This document shows positions 43,056 to 57,229 of a stretch of DNA of 64,000 bases, piece after piece. Each line of letters opens with the position of its first letter. Position 1 is the stretch's first letter. The stretch covers positions 237,088,001-237,152,000 of the forward strand of contig OZ024742.1 of NCBI GenBank assembly GCA_964016885.1, read 5' to 3'. The notes under the pieces were generated by a model that worked only from the letters and a program-made list of their open reading frames with translations, searched no databases and was not told the DNA's origin. Source of the stretch: Eledone cirrhosa. Taxonomy: Eukaryota. A program made the translations under genes and the position numbers.

Positions 43056-44876
43056 AACTCGGCATGTGATATTGTTAAAAAACTTTGTATTGACGATAGA
43101 ACGCAACCCTTAACACCAGCTATACCATCCTTCAACCTGAAGGACCACAAGGTAAACTTCGATACTAACCCTAATATTAGACTTATATGCCCCTCTAAAT
43201 CTGATATAGGTAAAATTAGCAAATATATACTAGACAGAATTATCCCCCAAGTTAAGGTTAAAGTAGAGATTAAACTATGGGGTAACACTCATGAAGCAAT
43301 AAGATGGTTTAACAACATTACTGATAAGAAAAAATCAAAATTTATTCAGTTTGATATTGATGAATATTATTCTCTTTCGTTCGCTAAGGATAATTCCGAC
43401 CTTACGGATGCTGAAATTAAAATTATTATGGAAGCGAGAAAAACTATAGTTAAATTCGATGATAGCTACTGGGTTCGCAAAGATAGACCTTCTAATTTTG
43501 ATATCACTATGGGTTCTAATGATTCGGCGGAGGTAACAGATCTTGTGGGAATTTATATCACCCACAGATTACAAGGAAAATTCAAGGATCTCCACGGTGG
43601 AATTTACCGTGACGATGCGCTCCTATTAGTTAAGAATATGAATAACCAGAATTTAGAAAGGATGCGTAAAAATATCAGAAAACTTTTTAAAGAACTAGGA
43701 TTAAATATTACATTTGAATATAACCTCAAAGAGGTCAATTTCCTTGATGTTACTTTCAATCTCAATACAGATACGATTAAACCGTTCCATAAACTAAATG
43801 AGAACCTTAAATATGTAAATACGAGTTCTAACCATCCACTCTCTATAATTAAATCCATCCCTAGAAATGTTTCTCTTAGAATCTCCCACCTATCGTCCAA
43901 CCAACAAACCTTCAAAGAACATGCCGAGTATTATGATGATGCACTTAGGAAAGCCGGTCACCTAGATAATATAGAGTATATAGTCAATGATCACCAAAAC
44001 ACCCAAAATAAATCACATAGGAGTAGAAATAGCACAGAATCACCACCATACATACACTACCGCAATAGACACAATAATAGTCGCACACCACCAAACAGAA
44101 GGCGATGTAAGGAGTATATCTGGTACAACCCGGTCTATAACAAATCTATTAAAACCAATCTACCCTCAAAATTCTTTCGATTAGTTAGAAAACACTTTCC
44201 AACATCACATAAATATAATAAAATCTTAAACCCTAACACCATCCGACTTTCATATTCAACCGCCCCTAATATTGAACAACATATAAAAATGCTTAACGCA
44301 AAACGGTTGTATAAACGCCTTCCAACACATAACAATACACGTAAAACATTAGCTATAACATCACAAAACAACAAACAACATCCTGTTCTACATAAGCAAC
44401 CTCATCAACCCATCCATGGCAATACAACAACGCAAAATTGTAATTGCAACTGTGTCCAACCAGGAATGTGTCCGTTGAACAACCAGTGTCTTGAACGCAA
44501 CATCGTATACAAATGTACTATCGAATCGGATAGACAGAAGTGGTACTATGTGGGATCTACAGCCACCTCCTTTAAATCACGCCTTTATAGACATCGTTAT
44601 TCGATAAAACATGAAAACCAGCGTTATGTAACAACACTCGCAGACAAGGCTTGGCAGCTGCGTGAAAATAACCAACAATTTCACCTAAAATGGGATATAA
44701 TAGCGGCTGCCCCCCCATATTTCAATGGACAGGAATTTTGTAGATTATGTAATGTAGAATTATTTTGTATTATGAAATCCAAAAACATTTTATTAAATAA
44801 TAGAATAGAGCGATCGTTATACTGTAACCATCGCTTAAAATCTACATTTTCATATTATAAATACTACCAGGATTGA
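43056..44876 (+). CDS. Inverted copy of the same PLE RT-EN ORF
   Basis: Same protein with a 30-nt in-frame deletion at ~43372 and a different C-terminus caused by a 1-nt indel (ends YYKYYQD*). Confidence 0.9.
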   Translation, partial: NSACDIVKKLCIDDRTQPLTPAIPSFNLKDHKVNFDTNPNIRLICPSKSDIGKISKYILDRIIPQVKVKVEIKLWGNTHEAIRWFNNITDKKKSKFIQFDIDEYYSLSFAKDNSDLTDAEIKIIMEARKTIVKFDDSYWVRKDRPSNFDITMGSNDSAEVTDLVGIYITHRLQGKFKDLHGGIYRDDALLLVKNMNNQNLERMRKNIRKLFKELGLNITFEYNLKEVNFLDVTFNLNTDTIKPFHKLNENLKYVNTSSNHPLSIIKSIPRNVSLRISHLSSNQQTFKEHAEYYDDALRKAGHLDNIEYIVNDHQNTQNKSHRSRNSTESPPYIHYRNRHNNSRTPPNRRRCKEYIWYNPVYNKSIKTNLPSKFFRLVRKHFPTSHKYNKILNPNTIRLSYSTAPNIEQHIKMLNAKRLYKRLPTHNNTRKTLAITSQNNKQHPVLHKQPHQPIHGNTTTQNCNCNCVQPGMCPLNNQCLERNIVYKCTIESDRQKWYYVGSTATSFKSRLYRHRYSIKHENQRYVTTLADKAWQLRENNQQFHLKWDIIAAAPPYFNGQEFCRLCNVELFCIMKSKNILLNNRIERSLYCNHRLKSTFSYYKYYQD

Positions 44877-45349
44877 ACGCCTGTCTCTATCCCCGTTTGA
44901 TTGTCAAAATAGATATGAACATTCTTTATTAGTCTTAATTCTATCAACTCTTCTATTATTTACCTTTTAATACAAACTGCTATAGATAAAATGAGATTTC
45001 TGATTTTTTGATTCAATTCCCTAGAGCAAATACCAGCTGACCACTAGCATTGATGTTATTTAGTAGCAATCGAAATCTCCCCCTTCCCCAATTGACACTT
45101 TATGATTAATACTACTGCACCAAATGAGCAGCCCTGTCCACTGTCCAGTTGGTCAAGTAGAGATTAAAATCGACACCCCCAAAATTCTTATTTAGATTTA
45201 CTCATGGTATTCTCATTAAAAACCCATTATATACTTGTTTAGCAGTAAATTATTTTACCATCTGTCATATTCTATCCCCTCTGTTCCTTCCTCTTTTACT
45301 AATATAAATACTTCAATTTTTCTGATTTTATCCAGTTTATCCAAAATCT

Positions 45350-45458
45350 CTGAAGAAGTGACAACTGATTATACATTTGCTATCGAATACTTGCTAACAT
45401 TATATGATTACGCAAGCAGCGATACATAGGTATTCGGTCTGTTACAGAAACATATGTC
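45350..45458 (+). ncRNA. Hammerhead-like motif with very long stem II (mirror 40498-40606)
   Basis: CUGAAGA-agtgaca..cgaatac..gtattcg..tgttaca-GAAA-catatg-UC; stem I not evident. Confidence 0.55.
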
Positions 45459-45512
45459 AATACCTAATAAATTCCTTTTTTAACAAAAGCACTTTCATTT
45501 TATATTCATCCT

Positions 45513-46709
<1,197 letters not shown>

Positions 46710-46732
46710 CATGTATATATATATATACACAT

Positions 46733-46773
<41 letters not shown>

Positions 46774-46776
<3 letters not shown>

Positions 46777-47336
46777 TAGCGAGGTTTTTTATATGAAATC
46801 GTGTGTCGAAACAGATATTGTTATATTTGGGGAGGGTCATATTTGCGTAATATTGCCAGAATTAATAACAGAACACACTCACTGTTTGGTTGGTTTTCGC
46901 TTCTCGCTGTCTTTTATATCTGCGATCTAACTTACTCGGTCCTCAATGTTGCCATTGACTGACCGGCGGTCAAAAATAATACAGATACAATATAGACACA
47001 AACACATATATATAGTTTACATAATTTACATAAATCTTTCGTTGCACATCTGCAACATCGTCAGTGGTGTTATATTCATTGTTCCTCCTGTTGTGTTGTA
47101 TGTCTACGCCATTTTTTATTCAGTCTGTCTATATATTTATTTATTTATTTGCTGTGTTTGTGTCTATATTGTATCTGTATTATTTTTGACCGCCGGTCAG
47201 TCAATGGCAACATTGAGGACCGAGTAAGTTAAATCGCAGATATAAAAGACAGCGAGAAGCGAAAACCAACCAAACAGTGAGTGTGTTCTGTTATTAATTC
47301 TGGCAATATTACGCAAATATGACCCTCCCCAAATAT

Positions 47337-47343
<7 letters not shown>
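46774..47343 (-). mobile_element. Family A-related PLE 3'-end hairpin
   Basis: Arms 46814-47005/47153-47343; tail 46774-46813; terminus similar to family A (..ataacaatat). Confidence 0.7.
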
Positions 47344-47405
<62 letters not shown>

Positions 47406-47424
47406 ATAAACAACACAATATAAT

Positions 47425-47498
47425 TATTCCATTACCAAAGGTTTCAGGAAATTAGACAATCCTTACAGAGACGTCCGGGTCGTTCATCAGATGAAATA
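47425..47498 (-). ncRNA. Hammerhead ribozyme candidate
   Basis: tatttcat-CUGAUGA-acga..tcct-GAAA-cc(ttt)gg-UA-atggaata. Confidence 0.65.
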
Positions 47499-47504
47499 AC
47501 TATT

Positions 47505-47981
47505 TCATCTGAGTTGAGGAACTCTGTCGGGTAATTGATAGCTTCCGACTGTTCCGCCACATTGTCGACAGATCGATAGCGCTTCAAACTTTTCCAATTA
47601 TTTTTAACAGCTCTTGATTTACCAATTTCACAATCACATTTTTGGGGGCCAATATAGCCCTCTCACTGAGCCACTTGCGAACTGATATTCAAGATTAGGG
47701 AACACTTTTTCTATGAGATGGAATAATGATTCCACCATCGTGCCTATGGGACATATATCAATATCTCTTTTTCTATCTACAGGGAGTCTTCTGTCCCCAA
47801 GCATTAATAGATTATCGGCGAACTGCTCTGATAGTTCGTATTTACCAAGATATGCCCTCATGTTTGTAGCGAACTTGAAAACTTTGATAGAAATCCAAAG
47901 TGTCGATTTTTTTTCAAACAAGCTTGGATTTGATCAATCCTATTGCCTCTTGGGATGACTGGGAGAGTTTGTCTAAAATCT
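47505..47981 (-). mobile_element. Helitron RepHel PIF1-helicase fragment
   Basis: DFRQTLPVIPRG...IQACLK..LW......TNMRA....EQFA..LL.LGD; frameshifted. Confidence 0.8.
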
Positions 47982-48280
47982 TCTTCTTCTTCTTCTTCTT
48001 CTTCTTCTTCTTCTTCTTCTTCTTCTTCTTCTTCTCCTCCTCTTCCTCTTCCTCTTCCTCCTCCTACTACTACTATCACATCACCCGCACCATTATTACT
48101 ACCACCACCACTATTACCATCACAACTGTTACCACCACCACCATTACCACCACCACCACTACTACTATTACCACCACCACCATACTACTACCACCACCAA
48201 CACCACCAACACCAATACTACTACTACTACCATCACCACCACCACTGCTACCACCATCATTACCACCACCGCCACCACAT
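47980..48280. repeat. (CTT)n/(ACC)n/(ACT)n compound trinucleotide repeat
   Basis: Direct reading. Confidence 0.9.
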
Positions 48281-48432
48281 TTCGAAAATGAAAACCGTTT
48301 TTCTCTACGATGCACCGTTTCAGACTCTTTGGGGGACATACACAAATACACATAAATTCTCATTTATAGTATAAATATATTAAGGTTGATAAATTATCTT
48401 TCATAAAGTTATTTCATCTTTTCTCTCCGCAG

Positions 48433-48938
48433 GTATTACCTTTGGCAATGAACACATCGTCTTCCTTATTATCGGCTGTATGGTGCTCTTCTTCATGGTA
48501 TGTCTTCCAATAGACTTCTACAACTACCATAAGAAGCGAAAAGACAAGAAAGACCGACAAGGGGCCAGTATGGTTTACTCACGAACTGGTCCCAGACCTT
48601 TCCAGGTAATTGTCAACCAAGAATCAAACACCGAAGAGACACATCAAGCGAGACACACAAAATCGAGACGACCCTTTTATAAATTTATGGGTCTCGTGGC
48701 ACTACTTAAGAAGAAGCCAGTTTCGAACGATGATCAAATTGATAGTATTGTGGATGACGGGGTTACACCGTCCACATCAACGAAATCGATGAGTATGTCA
48801 ACGATGTACTGTAACAGTGTGGGATTATCTGCTGATTCAATGAGTCCAGCGGAACATATTGAACTTCCAGAGTTACCATATGACAATGTAAGGAAACCAA
48901 AAGAAATCTATAATTTTGTGGACCAAGAAAATTCTTGA
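48433..48938 (+). CDS. Putative terminal coding exon of a single-pass membrane protein (TM + cytoplasmic tail)
   Basis: Acceptor catcttttctctccgcag at 48432, phase 1. Open frame ITFGNEH-IVFLIIGCMVLFFMVCLPI-DFYNYHKKRKDKK...LPYDNV..EIYNFVDQENS*; non-repetitive. Confidence 0.7.
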
Positions 48939-49019
48939 TTACAATTGCATAAAACGTAATAAAAAAATATCTAAAGAGGAAAATCTGGAATCCGAGATTC
49001 CTTGGACAAAAAACAATCA

Positions 49020-49806
49020 CCGTATTTCTTGGCGTGAAAGTCGCTGTTTCTTTTTCCCCGCCCCTAAAAATATGTCTGGAAGATTCACCCTGCGCATTTG
49101 AGGTCAAAATGTATGTTAGACATAGGTCTCTTTAATTTCGCAAAATTTAGGGTTTTTCTCCTGAATAGAAGTGCTCTCATGATAAATTTATATAAATAGG
49201 ACAATATAATCCGAACTAATGTTTCCAAATTATAAAATTCCGCTATGTGTTTTATCAAATTTTGAAGTGGAAAATCCTCAACTTACTGTCTCCACATAAA
49301 ATTTAGTTAGATCTAACCCTAACCCTAAATCTTCTGTCGCAGCAATTCAAATTACTGCCAAGTAAACGAATTCGCAATCATTAAAACATCAGATAGAATG
49401 TTTTATCGTATTCGTTTCGGCTTTCAGCGCTCTTTGGCTTCAAATTCCGCTGAGGTCAACTTTGCCTTTCATCCTTTCAAGATCGATAAAAAAAAGTAGT
49501 AGTCCAGTACTGGGATCAATTTTTCCTCTATATCTCTCTTTCTCACCCCTCTCTGGAAGAAATCAGCTATTCAGACCTGGGGACGGGATAGGCTCCGCCA
49601 GGTTTAAAGTGCCCATAACCCGCCGTATGTCATGACAGCACACTTACGAGTCTATCAGGAATTACAGACCGATATACACATTCAAACATTATTTTAACAA
49701 AGGCTCAAAATAAGAATTTACCAGGCAGAGGCTATTCCAGAGAAGCAAATCAGTGTGGGGGTTTCATCCACGATGCTGGAGCATTTTCGACGCCGAGAAA
49801 TACGGT
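49020..49806. mobile_element. Tigger-like MITE relic with nested fragments
   Basis: Ends ccgtatttcttggcgt.. and ..gacgccgagaaatacgg|TA, related to 27500-27668. Confidence 0.5.
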
Positions 49807-51558
49807 AATTAATTTGAGAGTTCGGTAAGTTGATTTACTAGAATGCAGAGCACTGACTTACCGAACTACTAACAAACCATCTCTCCTACAAATATCTATC
49901 TGCTTTCTTGTTGCATATGTTACATGAAACGGCAGTGACATAATGAAGCTTTAACAGTTTGCATAGTTCTAATAATGAATTAATATAATTGGATTTATAT
50001 GTTTTATATGAAAAAAAAATAGAATAACAACACTTCCGGTTTTGTACCAACACTTTATGCCAAATTGCCCCAAAATGTAAAACAACAAAAACAAAAAAAT
50101 AATAAATAAATGAAAACTATGAGAATGGTATAATTGATAATTTCCGACCGAAATTATGGTTATTTTACATTTCGAACAATTTTACAATTTATATGACTCT
50201 CCATTTTTAATCTCAGAAAAAAAAAAGAGATAGTAAAAAAGAAAAAAAATATTTGCAGATAACTATTTTCAAGTGGAGTATCCGGGAAACAGAAAAAATC
50301 AATGCATGTCAATTATACTAATTATGAAAACAATTTTCAAGCTGGGTTTAAAAGGTAAGGCAAGAGTTAATGTTATGAGGTGACGTTCAACATTGTTATC
50401 TAGTCAAAATAATTTTTATTTTAATTACTGACATCCGTAGAGAATTTTTTCTATAGAAAAGAGTTTGTATTACTGAAAATTATTTTAATTGAGTTAAAAC
50501 GAACAGCAAAGTAATTTTTTTCAACTTCTGCTTGTATACTAACGCTTAAATGATTTTAAATTTTTCTGAAGACAAGCCATGAGCCGGATGTATTGTTAAT
50601 GTTAGTAAAACAATTGTGTAAAATTCCGTGAAATAAAAAAAATTATTGTTTGTAAAATCATTGTTTTTCTTAAAATTGACACATGTAAAAATATGTTGTA
50701 AAATTGTTATGCAAAATAAATTATAGTTTGTTACAAAAATATGCACAAAATGATTGATTTCTTAACCATATATATCATTTCACGAATCAATTCTACAATT
50801 TCTTTTTCTTTCCGTATGAAATTTGAAATTAAAACGGGCGTAAATAAATTGTATCGTTCATATATTTGACATTAATATTATATGTGAAGTATCACTCTGA
50901 TTTGTCTGGTGACTGGCTCTGCCCATCAGTGGGATCTGAACCCAGGACGCTCTAAAAATTCTGGCAACCCACTATAGTAGGAATATATGCTAAAGGGATC
51001 GAATTTCCCAGCCGGTTTTTGTGTGGGGGTTAACTGGAGTAAAAAAGAATTTCATCTCCAAACAAATAACAAATGCAATGTCAGAAATTTACAAAGAATT
51101 GCTAAAATAGTGGTTTGTAAGTTAGGCATAAGACTAGAGAGAATACAATCAGTTACATTGACCTCAACACTTCACTCCTATTTACTATAGAAACTCTGGA
51201 AAGAGTCTGAAGTGCTAGCGTTGCGTGCTGGCTATAGGTCAGTGATACCGAATGTGTGATACACGTTCTACAGAGGGCTAATTTGAATAATTTTCTGGGC
51301 AGTTTGTGTATGTGTGAGTGCATCTTCCTAAATGTTATGCTCTCTTTCTAATATCAAACATTGAGAGTGGAATGGGGGTGGGTTAATTTTTAGGTATCAT
51401 GTGGAGCATGGAAAAAAACTTATTAATGTATCCTATTGTAGATTGCTTAACCTTTTTGATACTAAACTACCTGAAACTGACCCTAGTTTTACAGCAGAAA
51501 GATCCTCATTTTTAACATGTATTTATTTTTTTATGCTCCAAACATCTACTAATATATA

Positions 51559-51743
51559 ATTGTTTCTACTTTAGGCACAAGGCCAGCAATTAACCAGTTC
51601 ATTACTGGTACTTTATTTTATCGACCCCGTAAGGATGAAAGGCAAAGTCAACCTCGGCGGGATTTGAACTCGGATCGTAAAGGGACGTAACTATGCTGGA
51701 AAGCATGGCGTCCGACCCTCTACTGATACTGTCAATCCACGGC
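51559..51743 (-). mobile_element. SINE family 1 with target-site duplication
   Basis: Flanked by the direct repeat catctactaatatata at 51543 and 51744. Confidence 0.85.
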
Positions 51744-52224
51744 CATCTACTAATATATAATGTTCTAGTGTTTTTGTACGTCACGGAAAGGGAGGTAACT
51801 CATCTATAGTTCAGTAAAACATTATACAAACATTATACAAAACTAGCAGAAAAACCCCCCTACGGGTGGTTTTCTGCTAGCATGTGTAGTGTGTATATTG
51901 ATATTATACACAAATATATGATACATCAAATAAAATCATAATTGACAATATACACAGAAATTGAACAAAGCCTATGTCACACTGTCTTCTATAATCAGTA
52001 ATCCATGATATATTTAAAAAAAGACGACATTATATATAAACTGCATTAGGAGAAAATTAGCGACGGAAATATATGCGATTATAAGTGTTATAATATAAAC
52101 GGCCGCTAACCGGAAGTGTTGACATTTGATAATTTTAAAGAAGTGAATTTTAAAGATTAAGCTATAAAATATATTTAATCAACAGCCACGAAATTTAGCA
52201 CATAAATTATGTAATATTCATAGA

Positions 52225-52380
52225 GGGTTGAACGCCATGCTTTCTAGCATAGTTACGTCCCTTTATGGTTTGGGTTCAAATCCCGTCGAGGTTAACTTTG
52301 CCTTACGGGGTCGATAAAATAAAGTACCAGTAATGTACTGAGTAATTGCTGGCCTTGTGCCAAAAGTAGAAACAATTATT
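52225..52380 (+). mobile_element. SINE family 1
   Basis: Matches 1818-2010. Confidence 0.8.
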
Positions 52381-52534
52381 TATTCAAAGTAATCCAACTT
52401 ATTTTACAAACGGGGTAAAAAAAATATATTCTGAACGCAATCCCGCAGACCTTCCTTTATTATAGTTAAGATAATTGTTTCTACTATTGGCACAAGGCCA
52501 GCAATTATCCCAGTTAAGATAATGATTACATGCA

Positions 52535-52700
52535 CACACATCTATGTGATAAGTGTGGAACAGCGTTCGCTACACCTGTGTTACGCATACATATAAATGT
52601 ATACACACATACTCATACACATCTATGTGATAAGTGTGGAACAGCGTTCGCTACACCTGTGTTACGCATACATATAAATCTATACACACATACTCACACA
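52535..52700. repeat. 81-bp tandem duplication
   Basis: tctatgtgataagtgtggaacagcgttcgc.. at 52541 and 52622. Confidence 0.85.
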
Positions 52701-54569
52701 AATATATGTGTGTGCATGTAATAATTATTTTCTCTTGGTCTGTTTATGTGCATGTTTGTGTAGTTGTGTGTGTATGTAATAATTATTTTTAACTAACGTT
52801 CTTAGATTGGCTACACTTTTGTGAGTGTGCGTGTGTATGAGTGTATGTGTATGTGTATGTGTGTGTGAGTATTTGTGTGTGTGAGTGTATGTGTGTGTGA
52901 GTATATATGTGTGTGAGTGTTTGTGTGTATGCGTTGTTCAAGAAGCCAAGTCCCTAGCAATATCGAAATAAATTAGAATTATCAAGAATATAAAACGACC
53001 GCAGTTGAAAGTTATATACAAATACACATCTACCCTTTAGCCGTCCTTTTTGACGGCACTGGGCCAGCCAGTTAGTTTAATAATTAGGAATTTCGTTATA
53101 TATTACTAAATACTTGATTATTTTCAAAATTATTTGAAATCTATAAATTATTGGCAGCGTCTTTCATAAAAAAAATATGGTTAGTAATGAGAAAAGTAAA
53201 TATGTTACCAAGTCCCTCTGAATGATTGTTTATTTTCAAAATTAGTTGAAAATCATTGGCACCGTCTTTCATTAGAAATAAAATAATGAAAGGGGTTAAA
53301 ACGAAAAGGAGAGTTGCTTTATAATTCACATTAGGTTTGTTACACAGCAGAAAGTGTTGTGAAAGACAACTTTTCCTTAGCTGAACCCTACAACGCTCCA
53401 ATCACCCAAATATTGAGATTCTGCTTACATCACACATATGTTGAGTAAAAAGCATACTGCAGCTATTGTAGAAAAAGTATCGAAGACAGCAATTTCTAAA
53501 AATTTCTGAGTGAGATTAATTAATTAATTAATTAATTAATTAAGTAAATTAACTACATTCATAATTAAAAGAAAGGATATTTCACACCTACACACATATA
53601 AACACGGACAAATAGGCATATATATATATATATATACGCGTGTGGGGGGGGGAGAACGCGCGCGTTTGTGTGAGCGTGTGTGTATGTGTGTGGTTAGAGA
53701 GAGAAAGAGTTAGAAGTTGTATGAATGGTGAATGATGGTAGGGTAGATGAGAAGATAAACAAAATAACCAGGTTAAAAGAAAAAACAAATAGAAAATCTA
53801 CTAAGAAATCAAGCAATGAGGCAAATTGAAAGACATTTATCGATTAGTCCCAATAGAAGGTCATTTAAAACTCAACCAATCACCACATCATTCACACATC
53901 TTATTCAACATCGAAATATCACTGTTTGGTGACCTTACTTTTATACAACAAAACAATCAAACTGGGGCATTTTATTATTTATATTTTATTTTGTTTTTAG
54001 ATAGAAGTTATGGTATATTGCCTGATCTGATCTCGTCCTTTAGCAAATATTTCCTATTTAATCACCAAACACTATAGTCACAGCTTAAAATACTCTCTCT
54101 GAAACTAAATATACCTACATTATACGTAAACATATTGTATATCGGTTTATATACAATATGTTTATGCATAATAAACATACATTTAACCTCGCTGTACATG
54201 AACTAATATGAAACAAAGGCTGTGACATGCTCACAGTTTAAATTACAGCGACGCCAAACATGTTTATTATACATAAACATATCTACTTATAATATATAAC
54301 CAGCAATTTCTCTATTTGTCTATCTCTCTGTCCGACAGTGGAAACACGTGCGCGCGTGCGAATGTTTTTTGCGCACGCGTAGAGAGAGAGTGAGAGTGAA
54401 AGAAAGAGACAGACTACAAGAGGGGGATAGCGGGAGGGAGAGAGGGGGGAATTGAGGAGTGCTACAGAAACATATATACATTTCTGTGTGTGTGTAATAT
54501 ATATATATATACACACACAGAAATATATATATATACACACAGAAATATATATACATTTCTGTGTGTGTA

Positions 54570-54600
<31 letters not shown>

Positions 54601-54677
54601 GAAATATATATACATTTCTGTGTGTGTAATATATATATATACTAGCAGAAACCACGCGGTGGGCGGTTTTCTGCTAG

Positions 54678-54983
54678 TCTATATATATAAAACTGAGGAT
54701 GTCTGTCAGTGTGTGTGTGTGAGTTCGAATCCCTAAAACTTGAGAACCACCCAACCGACTGTTTTCAAACCTTACACATGTAATACTTATGTTTCAGGGA
54801 GTGTTCTGAACAAAAATAATTTCAAATTTTCAATGCCCTAGGGACCGCATTAGGCGATTTAGCGATCTGAGCTCTATAATTCTTAGTCTTTCTCTTTTTA
54901 GATAGATATATACATATAACGTCGCGCCCTTATAATATCTGTCTGCATGTCTGGCTGTCTGCATTACGTCACTTCCCTGAGGA

Positions 54984-55045
<62 letters not shown>

Positions 55046-55650
55046 TTTGAATCCCTAAAACTCGAGAAGTACCCAACCGATTTTTTTTCATACTTTACAT
55101 GTGTATTACTTATATTTCAGGGAGTGTTATGCACATAAAAAAATTCCACTTTTTTTATCTCCTAGGTAAAAAATCATTAGGTGAAAAACTGCGTTTTTAA
55201 AGATTTTTAGGGATTTTTTGAGGCGTTACGTCAGACCGATTTCCTTGAAATTGTAACTATGTATTAGTCAGTCTCTTCTTCATACCGTAAGCAAAGAAAA
55301 TCCAACTTTCTTATGGCCTAGGGGCCGCATTATGTGAAAAACTTCATTTTTTCAGCTTCTTATGGCTTTTTGAAGGCGTTAGGGCTTTTGGAGGCGATTG
55401 TCCCGAAATTTAAAGGCATATTATGCACATAAACAAAATTCATTTTCTGATCCTCTAGGGCCCGCATTAGGTGAAAACCTGCATTTTTCCTGCTTCAGCG
55501 AGGAAAATCTTAAAGATTATCCAGCCATCAGAGTATTCGGTTTATTTTCTTTACATATTGTCCAGGCATGCAGTTTTTCCACGATTAGGTCTGTTGGCAG
55601 CCCTCGTTCCAAAATACCTTATCCCGTGCAACGCCGGGTACCACTGCTAG
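54678..55650 (+). mobile_element. Non-autonomous Helitron
   Basis: 5' TCtatatatataaaa; internal duplication; 3' cccg-tgcaacgc-cggg..CTAG|T. Confidence 0.8.
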
Positions 55651-55824
55651 TTATATATATTTTCATATATGCTTTTGTTCTGAGTCACTGTTAATTAATT
55701 ATAGCCAGTCAAGTTTATACTATATATAGGTTCATATAAGTCTATATTCTATATGAGCCCGCGAGGACACATGTCAAACTCCAGAGTAACACGATTTCCC
55801 GATCCCTTCAGGCTACCATCCTTG

Positions 55825-55860
<36 letters not shown>

Positions 55861-56339
55861 ATATATGTATATACAGATATATTATCTGACATGTACGTAT
55901 ATATATATATATGCGCGGGGACATAGAAATAATCGGGCTGGACACCAGATCGCGCGGTTAAACCACTGGGAGTGAAGAACCCCTAGCCTTTGTCAGGGCA
56001 TTCTTCTAGGAGAAGGCAACTCAGGAAACTGGGATAACTTCGACATAAAACCTGCGGCTCAGTAGTTACCTATGATGTTGATCTTTTCTTCTTTTCGGGT
56101 TATAGCTACTGTCGCTCAGAAAGTGGGATTGGCTCTGTGCACAGTCTTTCCTCACTTTAAAAATAATCTTCACGCACAGGCATTGCACGATAGAATTAAT
56201 TGATAATTATTGATAATGGTATATCGTGAAATGGCCATACTCGTTAACGAGGGAGCAACCATCATATATATATATATTAAAATAACAGATTAAAGTTTAA
56301 GCAAAGAATCGCTGCTTTCGCCCTTAACGGGATCTTATT

Positions 56340-56450
56340 AATCCCGCCGAGGTTGACTTTGCCTTTCATCCTTACGGGGTCGATAAAATAAAGTACCAGT
56401 AATGCACTGGGTAATTGCTGGCCTTGTGCCTAAAGTAGAAACAATTATTA
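56340..56450 (+). mobile_element. SINE family 1, 5'-truncated
   Basis: Matches the 3' half of 1818-2010. Confidence 0.8.
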
Positions 56451-56827
56451 CTGTATATATATATATAAATATTAATTAATTAATTGTTAGAGAAATCAGT
56501 ATATTTATTGTTTCAGAAATCAGATCAAAATTCAGTTCATAAAAATAAGAATTATCAATTATATAATTGATAAGAACAGATGACAATAAAACTGAACTAA
56601 GAACTGACCTCATCTTCAGAACCAAAAAGAAAATAAACATAAAATTCGAAAATACATGTCACTGATGGTGGGGACTACAAAAAAAAAACAAAAAAAACAT
56701 GAAAGGCAAACCATACCACTTATCATTCTAAAATCAAAGAAGTTGAACGTTTAAATAATGGCGGAACGATAAAACAGGAAGTAAGCAGGCTTATAATTCT
56801 CACAACTAATCTCCTATCTCGCCTTTT

Positions 56828-56911
<84 letters not shown>

Positions 56912-56927
56912 GTAAGTAAACACACGT

Positions 56928-56962
<35 letters not shown>

Positions 56963-57034
56963 CACTCATATATATATACATACACACACATTTATACATA
57001 TACATATGTACGTATGGGTTATGTCGAACATTAA

Positions 57035-57220
57035 TAATTGTTTCTACGTTAGGCACAAGGCCAGAAATAACCCAGTGTATTACTGGTACTTTATTTTATC
57101 GACCCCGTAAGGATGAAAGGCAAAGTTAACCTCGGCGGGATTTGAACTCAGAATGGCAAGGGCCGTAACTCTATGCGTCAAAGCAAGGCGTCCGACCCTC
57201 TACCAATACTGCCAGTTCGA
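57035..57220 (-). mobile_element. SINE family 1
   Basis: Reverse complement of 1818-2010. Confidence 0.85.
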
Positions 57221-57229
57221 TTCGTTTGT

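Noticed and set aside
43054-43106. Apparent start MRSIVNTKFF of the 706-aa ORF
   Set aside because: It reads through the hairpin junction into the antisense of the other arm; the element is 5'-truncated.
47900-48374. Poly-Ser/Pro/Thr mucin-like ORFs (also 1988-2188)
   Set aside because: Trinucleotide microsatellite translations.
49314-49328. Telomeric (CCCTAA)n
   Set aside because: Only about two units, inside a TE relic.
52530-52721. C2H2 zinc-finger-like ORF (HLCDKCGTAF..LRIH)
   Set aside because: Arises from an 81-bp duplication in CA-rich sequence with no splice signals; likely chance.
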